From contig OZ246001.1 of assembly GCA_965230295.1 (NCBI GenBank), forward strand, positions 1,408,001 through 1,472,000: a stretch of 64,000 nt of DNA. The letters are read 5' to 3'. Shown piece after piece: positions 50,156 to 60,633 of the stretch (positions are counted from its first letter, which is position 1; each line of letters starts with the position of its first letter). The notes under the pieces were generated by a model that saw only the letters and a list, made by a program, of their open reading frames with translations, was not told where the DNA came from and did no database searches. The DNA is from Marinicella sp. GTDB taxonomy: Bacteria > Pseudomonadota > Gammaproteobacteria > Xanthomonadales > Marinicellaceae. Position numbers and translations under genes: made by a program.

Positions 50156-50878
50156 TTAACAGGCCCTGGACTCTTGGGTCATTTTCACCAGTTGAATGCG
50201 AATGTCTTTTGAATCTTTTACCATTTCTGGATAGGGTAAAAAATAATTGGTTTTTTCATTGGCCCTCACCAAACAACCATCTGGATACAAGTGAGTCATG
50301 ATGATTTGATCGGCTTCAAAATTTTTATAATATGAACACATGACCTTCATGGCATCGACATGATCTTCATTCATGTGCTCAATAGCCGCTTTCTCGCTGG
50401 CAAGCCACTGTGGCTCAGGTAAGATAAAATCATCCACATTCAGCCAATAGATTTGTCCAAAGCCACCAATGTATCTGACATGTTCTACTTTGAGACGATA
50501 AAACTGAAAGTCATGGGTGCTTTGGTAAGATTTACTTTCGGGAAATTTCAAAAAGAATTTATCAGCAATGTCCAGTGCTTCCTTATCGGAAACCAACTCA
50601 GCATTGCCCAATAAAGTTAAACGTGCACCGGCATTGATGTCTTGATCATTTTCCTGACTGACCAACAAGCTGATCTTGGAATTTTGTTTGATGTTTTTGG
50701 TGTGCTGCGCCAAGTGACTGATGTAAATGATCGGATGACCCTGGTAATCCGTCATGTATGTGGTCACAGAACCAAATGGAAATCCAGACTTGCTGAATGA
50801 GTGCGTGGATAACATGGCCTTTTCATGACTGCGTAACAGTGTTCTGGCTTCTTTGATTGCTTTGTTCTTCTTGTTCAT
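50156..50878 (-). CDS. HugZ/HutZ-like heme utilisation protein (split-barrel + DUF2470)
   Basis: GFPFGS, ISHLAQHTKN, RYIGGFG and HMNEDH motifs. Confidence 0.85.
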   Translation of the reverse strand: MNKKNKAIKEARTLLRSHEKAMLSTHSFSKSGFPFGSVTTYMTDYQGHPIIYISHLAQHTKNIKQNSKISLLVSQENDQDINAGARLTLLGNAELVSDKEALDIADKFFLKFPESKSYQSTHDFQFYRLKVEHVRYIGGFGQIYWLNVDDFILPEPQWLASEKAAIEHMNEDHVDAMKVMCSYYKNFEADQIIMTHLYPDGCLVRANEKTNYFLPYPEMVKDSKDIRIQLVKMTQESRAC

Positions 50879-50887
50879 AGTTGTGTT

Positions 50888-51679
50888 TTAAATAGTCTCA
50901 TAATTGGGGTTGTTGATCACAGGTCGAGCATCATTGCCACAATGCATCACCTCTACATCAACATCGAATACTGATTTCATCATGTCTTTTGAAATCACTT
51001 GTTTGGGTGTTTGTTGACTGACCAAACGGCCGTCTTGGATGACCCAAATCTCATCGCAATAACTGGCGGCTAGATTGATGTCGTGGATCACCACTATGCT
51101 GGCAATGTTTTCCTTCACCAGCGCCCTGATTTGTCCAAATAACTGGAACTGATGTTTCATGTCCAAAGGCGCAGTGGGTTCATCTAAAAACAAAAAACGC
51201 ATACCATGCGTTGACCCAAGATGAAGAAGCTGTGCAAACACCCTGGCCAAATGTACACGCTGTTTTTCACCACCAGACAAACTCAGAAAATTACGCCCTG
51301 CCAATCCTTGTGCTGACACCATGGTCAAGCAATGATTGATCAAATGTTCTTGCTGTTCAATCCCAACTGAAGACAATGCGAAACTCATACCCACAACATC
51401 TTTAACCGGAAACGGAAAGTTCAGGTTTGACTCTTGAGGGAGGGCTGCCCTCATTTTAGAGAGCGTTCGGGGATCCAATGATTCCAAAGGCTGGCCATTG
51501 AATTGAATGCTGTTTTCAGTGGCAATCAAACCGGACAAACACTTAAGCAAGGTTGATTTCCCGGCCCCATTGGGCCCAATGATGCCTATCACTTTGGCCT
51601 CATCTATTTGCAAACTGACATCCTGCAACAAGGGTTTGTTGTTGATGACGTGATCAAGGTTTTTGACTGATAGACTCAT
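50888..51679 (-). CDS. hmuV: Heme ABC transporter ATP-binding protein
   Basis: GPNGAGKST, LSGGEKQRVHLARVFAQ and LDEPT motifs. Confidence 0.9.
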   Translation of the reverse strand: MSLSVKNLDHVINNKPLLQDVSLQIDEAKVIGIIGPNGAGKSTLLKCLSGLIATENSIQFNGQPLESLDPRTLSKMRAALPQESNLNFPFPVKDVVGMSFALSSVGIEQQEHLINHCLTMVSAQGLAGRNFLSLSGGEKQRVHLARVFAQLLHLGSTHGMRFLFLDEPTAPLDMKHQFQLFGQIRALVKENIASIVVIHDINLAASYCDEIWVIQDGRLVSQQTPKQVISKDMMKSVFDVDVEVMHCGNDARPVINNPNYETI

Positions 51680-51680
51680 G

Positions 51681-52778
51681 TTAAATTCCAAAGGCTAACT
51701 TCTTTTTTTGTTTGATCAACAACAAGATAAACACCGGTGCGCCAATGATGGATGTGATGATCCCGATGGGAACCTCTGCAGGTGCGGCCACCATCCTTGC
51801 GACCAAATCAGCAATCAACATCACCGAGCCGCCCAACAGCATGGAATTGACCAACAAATGTCTATAATCACTGCCTAAAGTGATGCGCAAGATGTGTGGC
51901 ACAACCAAACCAATGAATCCGATGATACCACTGACCGAAACGGCAACACCCACCGTGAGGGCGTTGAGCCAAAGCAGTTGTTTTTTAACCTGACCCACTT
52001 CAACACCCATGTATTTGGCATTGGCTTCACCCAACAGCAATAAATTCAGTTCATTGCGTTTGCGGTAAATGCCCCATATTGACAAGGCCAAAATGGGTGA
52101 GATGATCATGATGTTTTGCCAAGTTGCCGCCCCCAATGATCCCATCAACCAATAAGTGATTAACCGCAGTGATTGGTCGTCTGCCAAATAACTCATCATG
52201 CCAATCACCGCGGCAAATAGGGCATTCAATGCAATCCCAGACAACAACAAGGTGACGATTTCCAAACGACCATTGACCTGTGCCATTTTATTGATCAACA
52301 ATGCGGTGATGGCTGCACCAATAAAAGCCAGGCTCGGCAATAAGTAGGGTCTGATCACATCTGGGACCGACCATTGGGTCATGAACACAATACCAATGAC
52401 CGCAGCGGCAGCGGCTCCAGATGAAATGCCCAACAAGCCAGGGTCAGCCAATGGGTTTCGACAAATGCCTTGTAATGATGCACCACTGATGGCCAGAGCA
52501 AAACCTATTAAGATGGCCAATAAAGCCCTGGGTATTCTGATGTTATTGACAATTGACATCATGAAGTCTGCCTCAGAATAACCTTGAACCAAACCACCTA
52601 ATGCTTTAAACAGGGCCATAAAGTCCACCAACGCAGGGCCAACAGAAACCGCCAGTACAAAGCACAACAACAACAGCAACAACAGCCATATCTGGTCGCT
52701 CATACGCCATTTGAAGTGCCAGTTTGAATCCTTTTGATGCATGGATTTCAGCTTAAGGGAGCTTGCTTCAGCGTTCAT
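51681..52778 (-). CDS. hmuU: Heme ABC transporter permease (FecCD family)
   Basis: RIPRALL, RNPLADPGLLG and GFIGLVVPH motifs. Confidence 0.9.
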   Translation of the reverse strand: MNAEASSLKLKSMHQKDSNWHFKWRMSDQIWLLLLLLLCFVLAVSVGPALVDFMALFKALGGLVQGYSEADFMMSIVNNIRIPRALLAILIGFALAISGASLQGICRNPLADPGLLGISSGAAAAAVIGIVFMTQWSVPDVIRPYLLPSLAFIGAAITALLINKMAQVNGRLEIVTLLLSGIALNALFAAVIGMMSYLADDQSLRLITYWLMGSLGAATWQNIMIISPILALSIWGIYRKRNELNLLLLGEANAKYMGVEVGQVKKQLLWLNALTVGVAVSVSGIIGFIGLVVPHILRITLGSDYRHLLVNSMLLGGSVMLIADLVARMVAAPAEVPIGIITSIIGAPVFILLLIKQKKKLAFGI

Positions 52779-53586
52779 AATCTGACAAAACCTTCACCGC
52801 TTCATCAATCCTGGTACCAAAACCCAAAGCCAACAAAGCATCCATCACCAAAATGTCACAACCATTTTCTGCCGTAGTCATGGCAATGGTCATGTTTTTA
52901 CAGATGGCCTCAACACCGCCCATTTTCTTGACCACATGAGACGGCATTACGATGAGGTCGGGTTTGGCCTGGATTAACTTTTCGGCGCTGTAGGGTTTGT
53001 AGCCTTCGTACTCAGATACAATGTTGCTGATGTGGCTGAGCTCAAACAGCATATTGGGCACGGTATTTTGACCGGCAGCCACTGGCCCCCTGTCTCCCAC
53101 ATCCATCAGGAAAATGGCCGTTCTGGACTGCTTTTCATCTGACACCAACTGATTGAGCTTTTCTTCAACCCTGACGATGATTTGTTCGGCTTGTTCACTG
53201 ACTTGGAAATATTCGCCAACTTCTCTCAAATACGACTTCCATACATCTATGTTATAGACCTCTTGTTTGAAAACTTTGACTTCGACACCCGCATTGCTGA
53301 TTTGCAACAAGGCATCATCAGGACCGGCACCATTTGAAGCCACCAATCGTGTCGGATTGGTCGATAACACACCTTCTGCTGACAATTGACGGAAATATCC
53401 TACTTTGGGTTTTTCTGCGACTTCATACGGGAAATAACTGCTGGAATCGACTGCAATGATTTCCTGACCTAAACCTAAGGCATACATGATTTCAGTGATG
53501 CTGCCACCCGCCGAAATCGTTCGTTCTTGAGCAAAGGACAAGGTCCAATTCATGAACATCAAGATAGGGAGAATAATGTATTTCAT
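52768..53586 (-). CDS. hmuT: Heme ABC transporter periplasmic binding protein
   Basis: GGSITEIMYALG..DSSS..VGYFRQLSAEG (heme-ligand Tyr). Confidence 0.9.
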   Translation of the reverse strand: MKYIILPILMFMNWTLSFAQERTISAGGSITEIMYALGLGQEIIAVDSSSYFPYEVAEKPKVGYFRQLSAEGVLSTNPTRLVASNGAGPDDALLQISNAGVEVKVFKQEVYNIDVWKSYLREVGEYFQVSEQAEQIIVRVEEKLNQLVSDEKQSRTAIFLMDVGDRGPVAAGQNTVPNMLFELSHISNIVSEYEGYKPYSAEKLIQAKPDLIVMPSHVVKKMGGVEAICKNMTIAMTTAENGCDILVMDALLALGFGTRIDEAVKVLSDYER

Positions 53587-53591
53587 GTGGC

Positions 53592-54725
53592 TTACCTGAG
53601 GTGTTTGTTGATGATTGACCTGGCTTTGGCCAGTCCTGCGTCGGAATCATAGCTGTCTTTCTCAGCCACTTTTTCAGCATATTGGAACAACGGCATGAAC
53701 AAATGTACGCCATCCACTTTTTTGTTGATGGCCAGTGCATCATGTTTGTTGATCAATTCAGACCACACTTGCCTGACATCAGACCAGAAAGGCCCTGCTT
53801 TGTCCATGTATTGGTTACCCGGATTGAAGTCGGTACCAACAATGCGTCGGTAGCGACCAACACCTTCTTCTTTGGCTAAATAGGCTTTCAATCCACCGTC
53901 TTCGTTGAGCACCTTTTTCCAATTTTCCTCTTCCTGCACCCACCCAAAACGATTGATGGTGTGACGATTAAACCCTTCTAAAATATGATAATCACTTCTG
54001 ACGCTGTACTCCCTTCTTGGCAACGGTCTTTGTGTGGTCGCACTGATCCACGTTGAGAAACTGGGATTGTGCTGCCAAAAACCATAAGACTCATACCGGG
54101 GCGAATCATCGACCTGGAACACCGCTTGAGACCAATTGCCCGTTTTTTTGTCCTTTGGTATCGCACGTTTTTTCCACGAATTATTTCCCTGGTATTCTAA
54201 AATGGTGTCATCTTGGTAAGTCCAATCTTGACGCCAGTGTTTCATCACCATGGGCTCAGAAACACCACCATCTTCTGTTTTGAAATACATCACCATCACA
54301 TGTTGCAGACTGATGAACTCTGGCTCATCCGTCACCACATAGACATATTCTGTGCCCCAGGAATGATAGGGTTTATCGCGTTGGTAATCAGCATTGAAAC
54401 CGACTGTCTCTAAAAAATTAAAGTCAACGCGGTAGGGGCCTGCCATGGCCAATATGGCACGGCGGTCTTGCTCAAACTGAGACAATCCAGCTTGCTTTAA
54501 ATGGACCCATCCAGAGTGTGGTTCACTGTCAAAAGTCACATCAACACCTTTAGATGTACCACCTCTGGGTTTGTCATCACAGACATTAGACAATGCCCAA
54601 CTGAACACATACTGTGCTTGAGAGTCGTCACATTCATTGGGATCCTGTTCGCCATAAGCCAAGACCACAGGCAAGACGAGTGTTTGTAGCACCAATAAAA
54701 AAACCACTTGAACTTTTAAATTCAT
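53592..54725 (-). CDS. Secreted DUF6607-like protein, first gene of the heme operon
   Basis: Signal peptide; DRRAILAMAG.Y.V.F.F.ET, KHWRQDW, QVDDSPRY and PLPRRE motifs. Confidence 0.7.
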   Translation of the reverse strand: MNLKVQVVFLLVLQTLVLPVVLAYGEQDPNECDDSQAQYVFSWALSNVCDDKPRGGTSKGVDVTFDSEPHSGWVHLKQAGLSQFEQDRRAILAMAGPYRVDFNFLETVGFNADYQRDKPYHSWGTEYVYVVTDEPEFISLQHVMVMYFKTEDGGVSEPMVMKHWRQDWTYQDDTILEYQGNNSWKKRAIPKDKKTGNWSQAVFQVDDSPRYESYGFWQHNPSFSTWISATTQRPLPRREYSVRSDYHILEGFNRHTINRFGWVQEEENWKKVLNEDGGLKAYLAKEEGVGRYRRIVGTDFNPGNQYMDKAGPFWSDVRQVWSELINKHDALAINKKVDGVHLFMPLFQYAEKVAEKDSYDSDAGLAKARSIINKHLR

Positions 54726-54746
54726 TGATATTCACCTTTTTTAAAT

Positions 54747-54770
54747 AATAATGAGAATGATTTGCATTTG
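54747..54770. promoter_or_regulatory. Fur box
   Basis: AATAATGAGAATGATTTGCATTTG in the 96-bp gap between the divergent heme genes. Confidence 0.8.
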
Positions 54771-54821
54771 CGTCAATTATCAATTACATTACCGCCCAAG
54801 TCAATTATTACTGTAAAAAAC

Positions 54822-57056
54822 ATGAAAAAGATTTTTGCCCTATCGGCTTTAACAGCTGCTATCTGCACAACCTTCATCACCCATGCTGAAGAAGACGAAA
54901 CACTGGATTTAGAAAAAGTCACCGTCACTGCCAACCGCACCGCCAAAACCCTGGATGAATTGAGTAACAAAGCTTCAGTCATCACAGCAGAAGACATCGA
55001 ACAATATTTACACCAAGACATACGAGATTTGGTCAGGTATGAACCTGGCGTGACTGTTTCTGGTCTCGGCCGATTTGGCTTGTCAGGGTTTAATATTCGT
55101 GGCATAGGTGGTGATCGCGTCTTGACTTTGGTAGACGGCGCACCCATTGCCGATGAATTTTCTTTTGGTCCAGCATTATCAGCCCGTAGAAATTACATCG
55201 ATGTAGACGCCCTGAAAGCGGTAGAAATTGTTCGAGGCCCGGCTTCTAGTTTGTATGGCAGCAATGCCATAGGTGGCCTGGTGACTTTTATCACAAAAGA
55301 CCCCAGTGACTATTACCAAGGCGGTGATGACAACAAATACTTTTCCATCAAATCCGGCTTAGATTCAGTCGATGCCTCGTTTGACAACACCTTTACCTAT
55401 GCAACTGGTGGTGATCGCGTTCAGGGCATGCTGGTGGCCACCCATCGCGATGGTGGTGAAACAGAAACTTACTACACCGCCGATCGAAGCACTGGAGCAG
55501 GTAGGATGTCTGCCAATCCGATTGATAACACAGAGATCAACCTCCTGGGCAAAATGGTGTTCCAACCCAGTGATGATCACCAGTTCAAGTTGACTGCAGA
55601 AAAATACCGGGCCAATACCGATACCAGCGTATTGACCCAAGCAGGCTCATTGGTGTTCGGCACAGTTAAACTCAGTGTGGATGCTGAAGACTCAAGGGAC
55701 CGCAGTCGTTTTGGTTTTGAATACTTTGGCACAGCGGCAACCCGCGCCTTCGATGAAGTCCATGTCAATGTGTACTTCCAAGATTCCGACTCTGAACAAG
55801 ACACATTTGAAGAACGGTTGTCTGCTTCACAAGTCAGAGAGACCAGAACCAGAAATTCGTTTTATGAACAAGAAAACGTAGGTTTCAAAGTGAATTTTGT
55901 GAAAGACATTGATACAGCTGTTGGCCAACAATGGGTTTATGGGATCGATTATGATTTTTCCGACATCAGGACTTTGAGGTTGGGTCAAACAGTATTGACT
56001 GAAACTGGTGAGCAACTTCCAGAGTTCAGCAACTTCCCGACGCGTGACTTTCCCAATTCTGAATACAAAAGTGTCGGTATTTTCGTGCAAAATGAATTGA
56101 CTTTCCTTGATGGCGATTTATCCGTCATCCCCAGCTTAAGGTACGATGACTTCGAGTTAACACCCAAAGTTGATGACATCTATTTGTCCGGCAACACCGG
56201 ATCACCCACACCTGCAGCCTACTCCGAATCAGAACTATCGACTAAGTTAGGCTTCATTTACCGCTTCAATGAACAGTGGTCAATTTTCGGTCAATATGCC
56301 GAAGGGTTTAAAGCACCTCCAATTGATGCCGTCAACACAGGGTTTACCAATTTTGCCGGTGGTTATACCACTTTACCAAACCCTGACTTAAACCCCGAGT
56401 CCTCTGAAACCACAGAATTGGGCATTCGATTCAAGAGCGACATCCATCAAGTTGAATTATCGGCCTACAGAAGCACCTATGATGACTTTATTGAGTCTCT
56501 GGCATTCAGAGGTTTCAATCCAGCCACCGGTTTACTTGAATTCCAAGCCAGAAATCTGGATGAAGCAGAAATTGATGGCTTCGAGTTAAGAGGCTATCTG
56601 GACATGTCAGGCTTTTATGAAGGTTTGCACCTGCAATACGCTTATGCCCAATCAGATGGCGAGGACAATTCAACAGGGTTACCGATCAATACGGTTCAAC
56701 CTGAATCATTGGTGGCAGGTATTGGCTATGATGCGCCCAGTGGCTTTTGGGGCACAGAATTGATCATGACTTTGAATGATCGCAAAACAAAAATTGATGA
56801 TTCTGACATTCAATCAGCAGACCCCAATGATCCGGCAGTTGCTCCATTCCAGACCCCTGGATTCAGTGTCTATGACTGGGTCGGTTATTTAAATGTCAGA
56901 GACAACATCCGCATAAACTGGGGCGTGTTCAATTTAACTGATAAAAAATACTGGCAGTGGAATGATGTGCTGTTACAGCCAGCATCGGCGTCCAATTTAC
57001 CACGTTTAACTCAACCAGGAAGGAATGCATCTATAACTGTACGAGTTGAATTCTGA
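54822..57056 (+). CDS. TonB-dependent heme/hemoglobin receptor
   Basis: TonB box-like EKVTVTA, plug motif RGPASSLYGS, FKAP/NPDL (FRAP/NPNL-like), terminal Phe. Confidence 0.92.
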   Translation: MKKIFALSALTAAICTTFITHAEEDETLDLEKVTVTANRTAKTLDELSNKASVITAEDIEQYLHQDIRDLVRYEPGVTVSGLGRFGLSGFNIRGIGGDRVLTLVDGAPIADEFSFGPALSARRNYIDVDALKAVEIVRGPASSLYGSNAIGGLVTFITKDPSDYYQGGDDNKYFSIKSGLDSVDASFDNTFTYATGGDRVQGMLVATHRDGGETETYYTADRSTGAGRMSANPIDNTEINLLGKMVFQPSDDHQFKLTAEKYRANTDTSVLTQAGSLVFGTVKLSVDAEDSRDRSRFGFEYFGTAATRAFDEVHVNVYFQDSDSEQDTFEERLSASQVRETRTRNSFYEQENVGFKVNFVKDIDTAVGQQWVYGIDYDFSDIRTLRLGQTVLTETGEQLPEFSNFPTRDFPNSEYKSVGIFVQNELTFLDGDLSVIPSLRYDDFELTPKVDDIYLSGNTGSPTPAAYSESELSTKLGFIYRFNEQWSIFGQYAEGFKAPPIDAVNTGFTNFAGGYTTLPNPDLNPESSETTELGIRFKSDIHQVELSAYRSTYDDFIESLAFRGFNPATGLLEFQARNLDEAEIDGFELRGYLDMSGFYEGLHLQYAYAQSDGEDNSTGLPINTVQPESLVAGIGYDAPSGFWGTELIMTLNDRKTKIDDSDIQSADPNDPAVAPFQTPGFSVYDWVGYLNVRDNIRINWGVFNLTDKKYWQWNDVLLQPASASNLPRLTQPGRNASITVRVEF

Positions 57057-57072
57057 TAATAAAACTCAGTTG

Positions 57073-57135
57073 GGCTGGTCTATGACCAGCCTATTTTCTA
57101 CCCCTGATTAGCCAGTGCAATGCTGGCTCTTTTTA
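57073..57135. terminator. Two hairpins between convergent genes
   Basis: GGCTGGTC-TAT-GACCAGCC, and AGCCAGT..GCTGGCT followed by a T-run. Confidence 0.6.
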
Positions 57136-57151
57136 TTGCTAAAAATTTGAC

Positions 57152-60100
57152 TCAATCACAAGCATAACCGCTGAGTTGAGACAATCTCGTCACATCCAAA
57201 TCACCTGCAGGGAACCCTGCTAAAGTGCTTTCCCAAGAAACCACTGCATTGTTATCATCCAGCTTGGTAAAGGTAAGTTCACCCCAGTTGGCAAACAAGA
57301 CATCAGCCGCATTGAAGTCAGGCGGGAATAAGGCATCAGATCCGGCAACAGCCGTTAGGGTGGCACTGTTACCATTGATGGGTCCAGTGGCCAGTAGCCA
57401 ATAAGGGCGGCCTTCTTTGTAGGTATACCAAGCCATCAACATGTTTTGTGCTGAACCTGCATCGATCACCTGGACCATAAAACCATGGCCGTCTTGATCT
57501 GTGTTGTACCAAGTACCGGAGTGGCAAGAGCGGATACCAGAAGAATTGTTATCTGTCGCAATTTGGGTCAATCGCTCTACCTCCATACTGCCGTTGCTGT
57601 AGTCGGACAAAACAGAAGACCAAATCAACTGACCTGTTCGGTCAGAATCTAACACCAAAGTGACCGTTCCCCAGAATGTTCGAACCACATCTTCAGTTTG
57701 GAAATCGGCAACAGGAAAACCGGTTCCTTCGGTGACTGCCATATCAATGTCCACACGATTGTCTTTGATGGTACCCACACCAATCAGCCACACCGGTTCA
57801 CCATCAATGTAGGTATACCAGGCGGCCAGTATGGACGGCGTACCATTGAGCTCTATCACTTCAAGTAACAAACCATGACCTGATTGCTCGGTGTTGTACC
57901 AATTACCACTGACTTGGTCATTAATGACAAAATCCGGCGCAGCATCTAGGTCGGTCAAAGGCACTCGCCACACACCACGACCATAAGTAAAGGCAAACAA
58001 CTGCGCAGGTCCGCCTTGGGCGGGTTCCCTGATGACCAAATCCTCCACAATGACTTGACTGAATCCAGTGTTTTCAACCGCCCAGCTGTCACCGCCATTG
58101 GTACTCACGAAGACGCCCAAATCTGTACCAATATACAAGCGGTCACTGTTATTCGGGTCAACCACAATTTTATGTACAGGCACATCAGGCAGCTGTCCGG
58201 AGCCACTGCCATCAATGGCATACCAAACACCACCTCCATTGGTGGTTTTCCACACGTGTTTACCACCAAATGTGGAATAAGTGGCATAAGCAACCACCGG
58301 ATTACCTGGCTCAAAGGCAATTGAAGAAACCCAGCCAGAGCGTGGTTCACTGAAAAACACATTAAACAAGCCATTTGTTGTCAGTGCATTATTAACGACT
58401 CCAATAATTTTGCTGTTACCAAAAATCACGCGATCTGAATTACCCGGTGCCACAGCCAATGCCGAAATCAGGTCATTGTATGTGTTGCCAAGACTGTAAC
58501 TTGACTGATGCCATGAGTTGCCCTGGTCATCACTTCGCCACAATCGATCGCCGCCTAAAAATAAACGATTGGGTTGGTTTTCATCAATCTCGTAAGGGGT
58601 GATAAATATGCGATTGGGCGTTATTCCTAAGTTATGCCATGGTGTTACTGTGGGAGAATTGGCAGCCAAATTCCACAAGCTGACATAACTGTTGCCACCG
58701 TCATTGGTGCGTTGAATGTTGGCATTTTGCGATGACACATAAAAATTGTTGTCATCAACTGGATTGATGGCCAAATCCGCACCATCTCCGCCATTGATCC
58801 ATGTCCAACTGTTCACGCCACTGGCATCGCTGCCCAATTGGGTGCCGTTATCCTGAGCGCCGGCAATATAAGATTTTCCATCAGAAAATACAGCACCGGC
58901 ATAAAATTGCGTGATGCCATAATTGTTATTGATGCTGCGCCATTGCACTCCGTTGGTTGCTGGCAAACAGGGCGCTGTGTTCCCGTACTTAACTGGCAAG
59001 GAATCATCATCAGTCAGAAAGATACCGCCATCATTGATGGCATACAGGGTTTTGTTATTGACCCCGTCATAAGCTGGATGAAAGATAAACCCATGTTGGT
59101 CAGCATGTACATAAGCGTCATCATAGGCGGGGTTGTTATAAAACTGTGCATCCCAATCAGAAGCCATGCCAAAGTTTTGCCCACCATCATCCGAGCGATA
59201 AATTTCCATACCGCCCACCCACACCACATCGGGATCTGTTGGGCTGGCAGCAATGGCTTGGTTGTACCATCCGGCACTGTAATACCAGTTGTTGTCATTA
59301 CAAAAACTACCATGGGCACCATCTGCATATGAGAACAGTTGTGTATTCAGCAATGTGGGACTGGTGTTCCTCAATCGTGCTTCCCAGCTCAAACCACCAT
59401 CTGTAGAGCGAAATATGGCATGTAAGCCATTGTGTAAATCAGGTGCCCCATCATTGTCTAAATCAGGTCCACCATCGGTATTGGCTGCTGAAGCATAAAT
59501 GATGTCTTGATTGGCCATATGAATCGACATTTCAGTTCGACCCATCCCTGGTTCTGTTAAGGTCATTTGCCAATCATCCGTAGACTGGGCTTGGGTGTTG
59601 ACATAAACCCGGGCATCGCAAGGACCTGAGCAAGCCTCTGGCAACAAGCCAGGTAAATAGTAGCGATCATCGGTTGAACGAGAGGCACAAGACACCAACA
59701 ACCAATCATCGGTCTTATCGGATCTGATGCTCAAGTCATTACAACCCTCAAACAAATTCTCTCCTTGTTGTGTGGTGGGGTTCAGGGTCTGGTTGAAACT
59801 GCGACCACCATCATGTGAGCGCCACACGCCGGTGTTGGTGGCTGCGTAGATGACATTGTTGTCGTTGGGACTGATGATGATGTCACTGACATACATGAAT
59901 TGTTCGTTCACCGTATTGCTTAACTGAAACCACGTTTCGCCACCATCGGTGGTTTTAAAAATCCCGGCGCCACTCATGCTTGAATAGGGTCGCAATGTTT
60001 TGCGGTACAGTTCTCCGGTCCCTGCATACAAGGTTTTGGGTTTGGTTGGATCGATGGCCAAAGTCCCAACATTGATGTTCGCCATGTTATCAGCCATGGC

Positions 60101-60580
60101 AAACCATGAGTCTCCTCCATCATTGGTTTTCCAAATGCCACCAGACACGCCAGCTGCATATATGATCTCATGCTGTTCTGGGTGAAACACCAAAGCTCGG
60201 GTGCGGCCACCGACATTCCCTGGACCAAGCCACTCCCATCCTGTGTTTGCTTGCTTACGGGTGGTTTTAGCTGCTGTTTTTTCCTGGTCAGTCAACAAGC
60301 GGCCTTGGCGGGTACTGAATACCGCTTTTTGTTGAATGGCTTGTATGGCACCTCTATACGGATCCATGGGTAATTGATCCACACCGACCGGTAGCCTTTT
60401 GTGCAAAAAATGCTGTTGTCGCTCAAAAGCCGCTGAAGGGGTTTTCATTGATGGTTTCGGCTTCATCATGACAGCTTGATCAGACGTTTGGCGCCCATCG
60501 TGGTTAACCAATGCGGTACCAAGTAACAACAAGGCAGTAGGAATTGTCAGAAGTTTTATTTCAATTTTCATCTTTTTCAC
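57152..60580 (-). CDS. Large secreted BNR/Asp-box (sortilin/GH74-like) propeller protein with two C-terminal GxWYN..GHG domains
   Basis: GPGNVGGRTRAL; many S/TxDGGxxW Asp-boxes; HADQH; GAQDNG; duplicated C-terminal domain. Confidence 0.85.
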   Translation of the reverse strand: MKKMKIEIKLLTIPTALLLLGTALVNHDGRQTSDQAVMMKPKPSMKTPSAAFERQQHFLHKRLPVGVDQLPMDPYRGAIQAIQQKAVFSTRQGRLLTDQEKTAAKTTRKQANTGWEWLGPGNVGGRTRALVFHPEQHEIIYAAGVSGGIWKTNDGGDSWFAMADNMANINVGTLAIDPTKPKTLYAGTGELYRKTLRPYSSMSGAGIFKTTDGGETWFQLSNTVNEQFMYVSDIIISPNDNNVIYAATNTGVWRSHDGGRSFNQTLNPTTQQGENLFEGCNDLSIRSDKTDDWLLVSCASRSTDDRYYLPGLLPEACSGPCDARVYVNTQAQSTDDWQMTLTEPGMGRTEMSIHMANQDIIYASAANTDGGPDLDNDGAPDLHNGLHAIFRSTDGGLSWEARLRNTSPTLLNTQLFSYADGAHGSFCNDNNWYYSAGWYNQAIAASPTDPDVVWVGGMEIYRSDDGGQNFGMASDWDAQFYNNPAYDDAYVHADQHGFIFHPAYDGVNNKTLYAINDGGIFLTDDDSLPVKYGNTAPCLPATNGVQWRSINNNYGITQFYAGAVFSDGKSYIAGAQDNGTQLGSDASGVNSWTWINGGDGADLAINPVDDNNFYVSSQNANIQRTNDGGNSYVSLWNLAANSPTVTPWHNLGITPNRIFITPYEIDENQPNRLFLGGDRLWRSDDQGNSWHQSSYSLGNTYNDLISALAVAPGNSDRVIFGNSKIIGVVNNALTTNGLFNVFFSEPRSGWVSSIAFEPGNPVVAYATYSTFGGKHVWKTTNGGGVWYAIDGSGSGQLPDVPVHKIVVDPNNSDRLYIGTDLGVFVSTNGGDSWAVENTGFSQVIVEDLVIREPAQGGPAQLFAFTYGRGVWRVPLTDLDAAPDFVINDQVSGNWYNTEQSGHGLLLEVIELNGTPSILAAWYTYIDGEPVWLIGVGTIKDNRVDIDMAVTEGTGFPVADFQTEDVVRTFWGTVTLVLDSDRTGQLIWSSVLSDYSNGSMEVERLTQIATDNNSSGIRSCHSGTWYNTDQDGHGFMVQVIDAGSAQNMLMAWYTYKEGRPYWLLATGPINGNSATLTAVAGSDALFPPDFNAADVLFANWGELTFTKLDDNNAVVSWESTLAGFPAGDLDVTRLSQLSGYACD

Positions 60581-60633
60581 CGGTAGTAACTCTGTTCATC
60601 CTTTCCCTGGCATTCAAATGTGATGTTCTCAGT

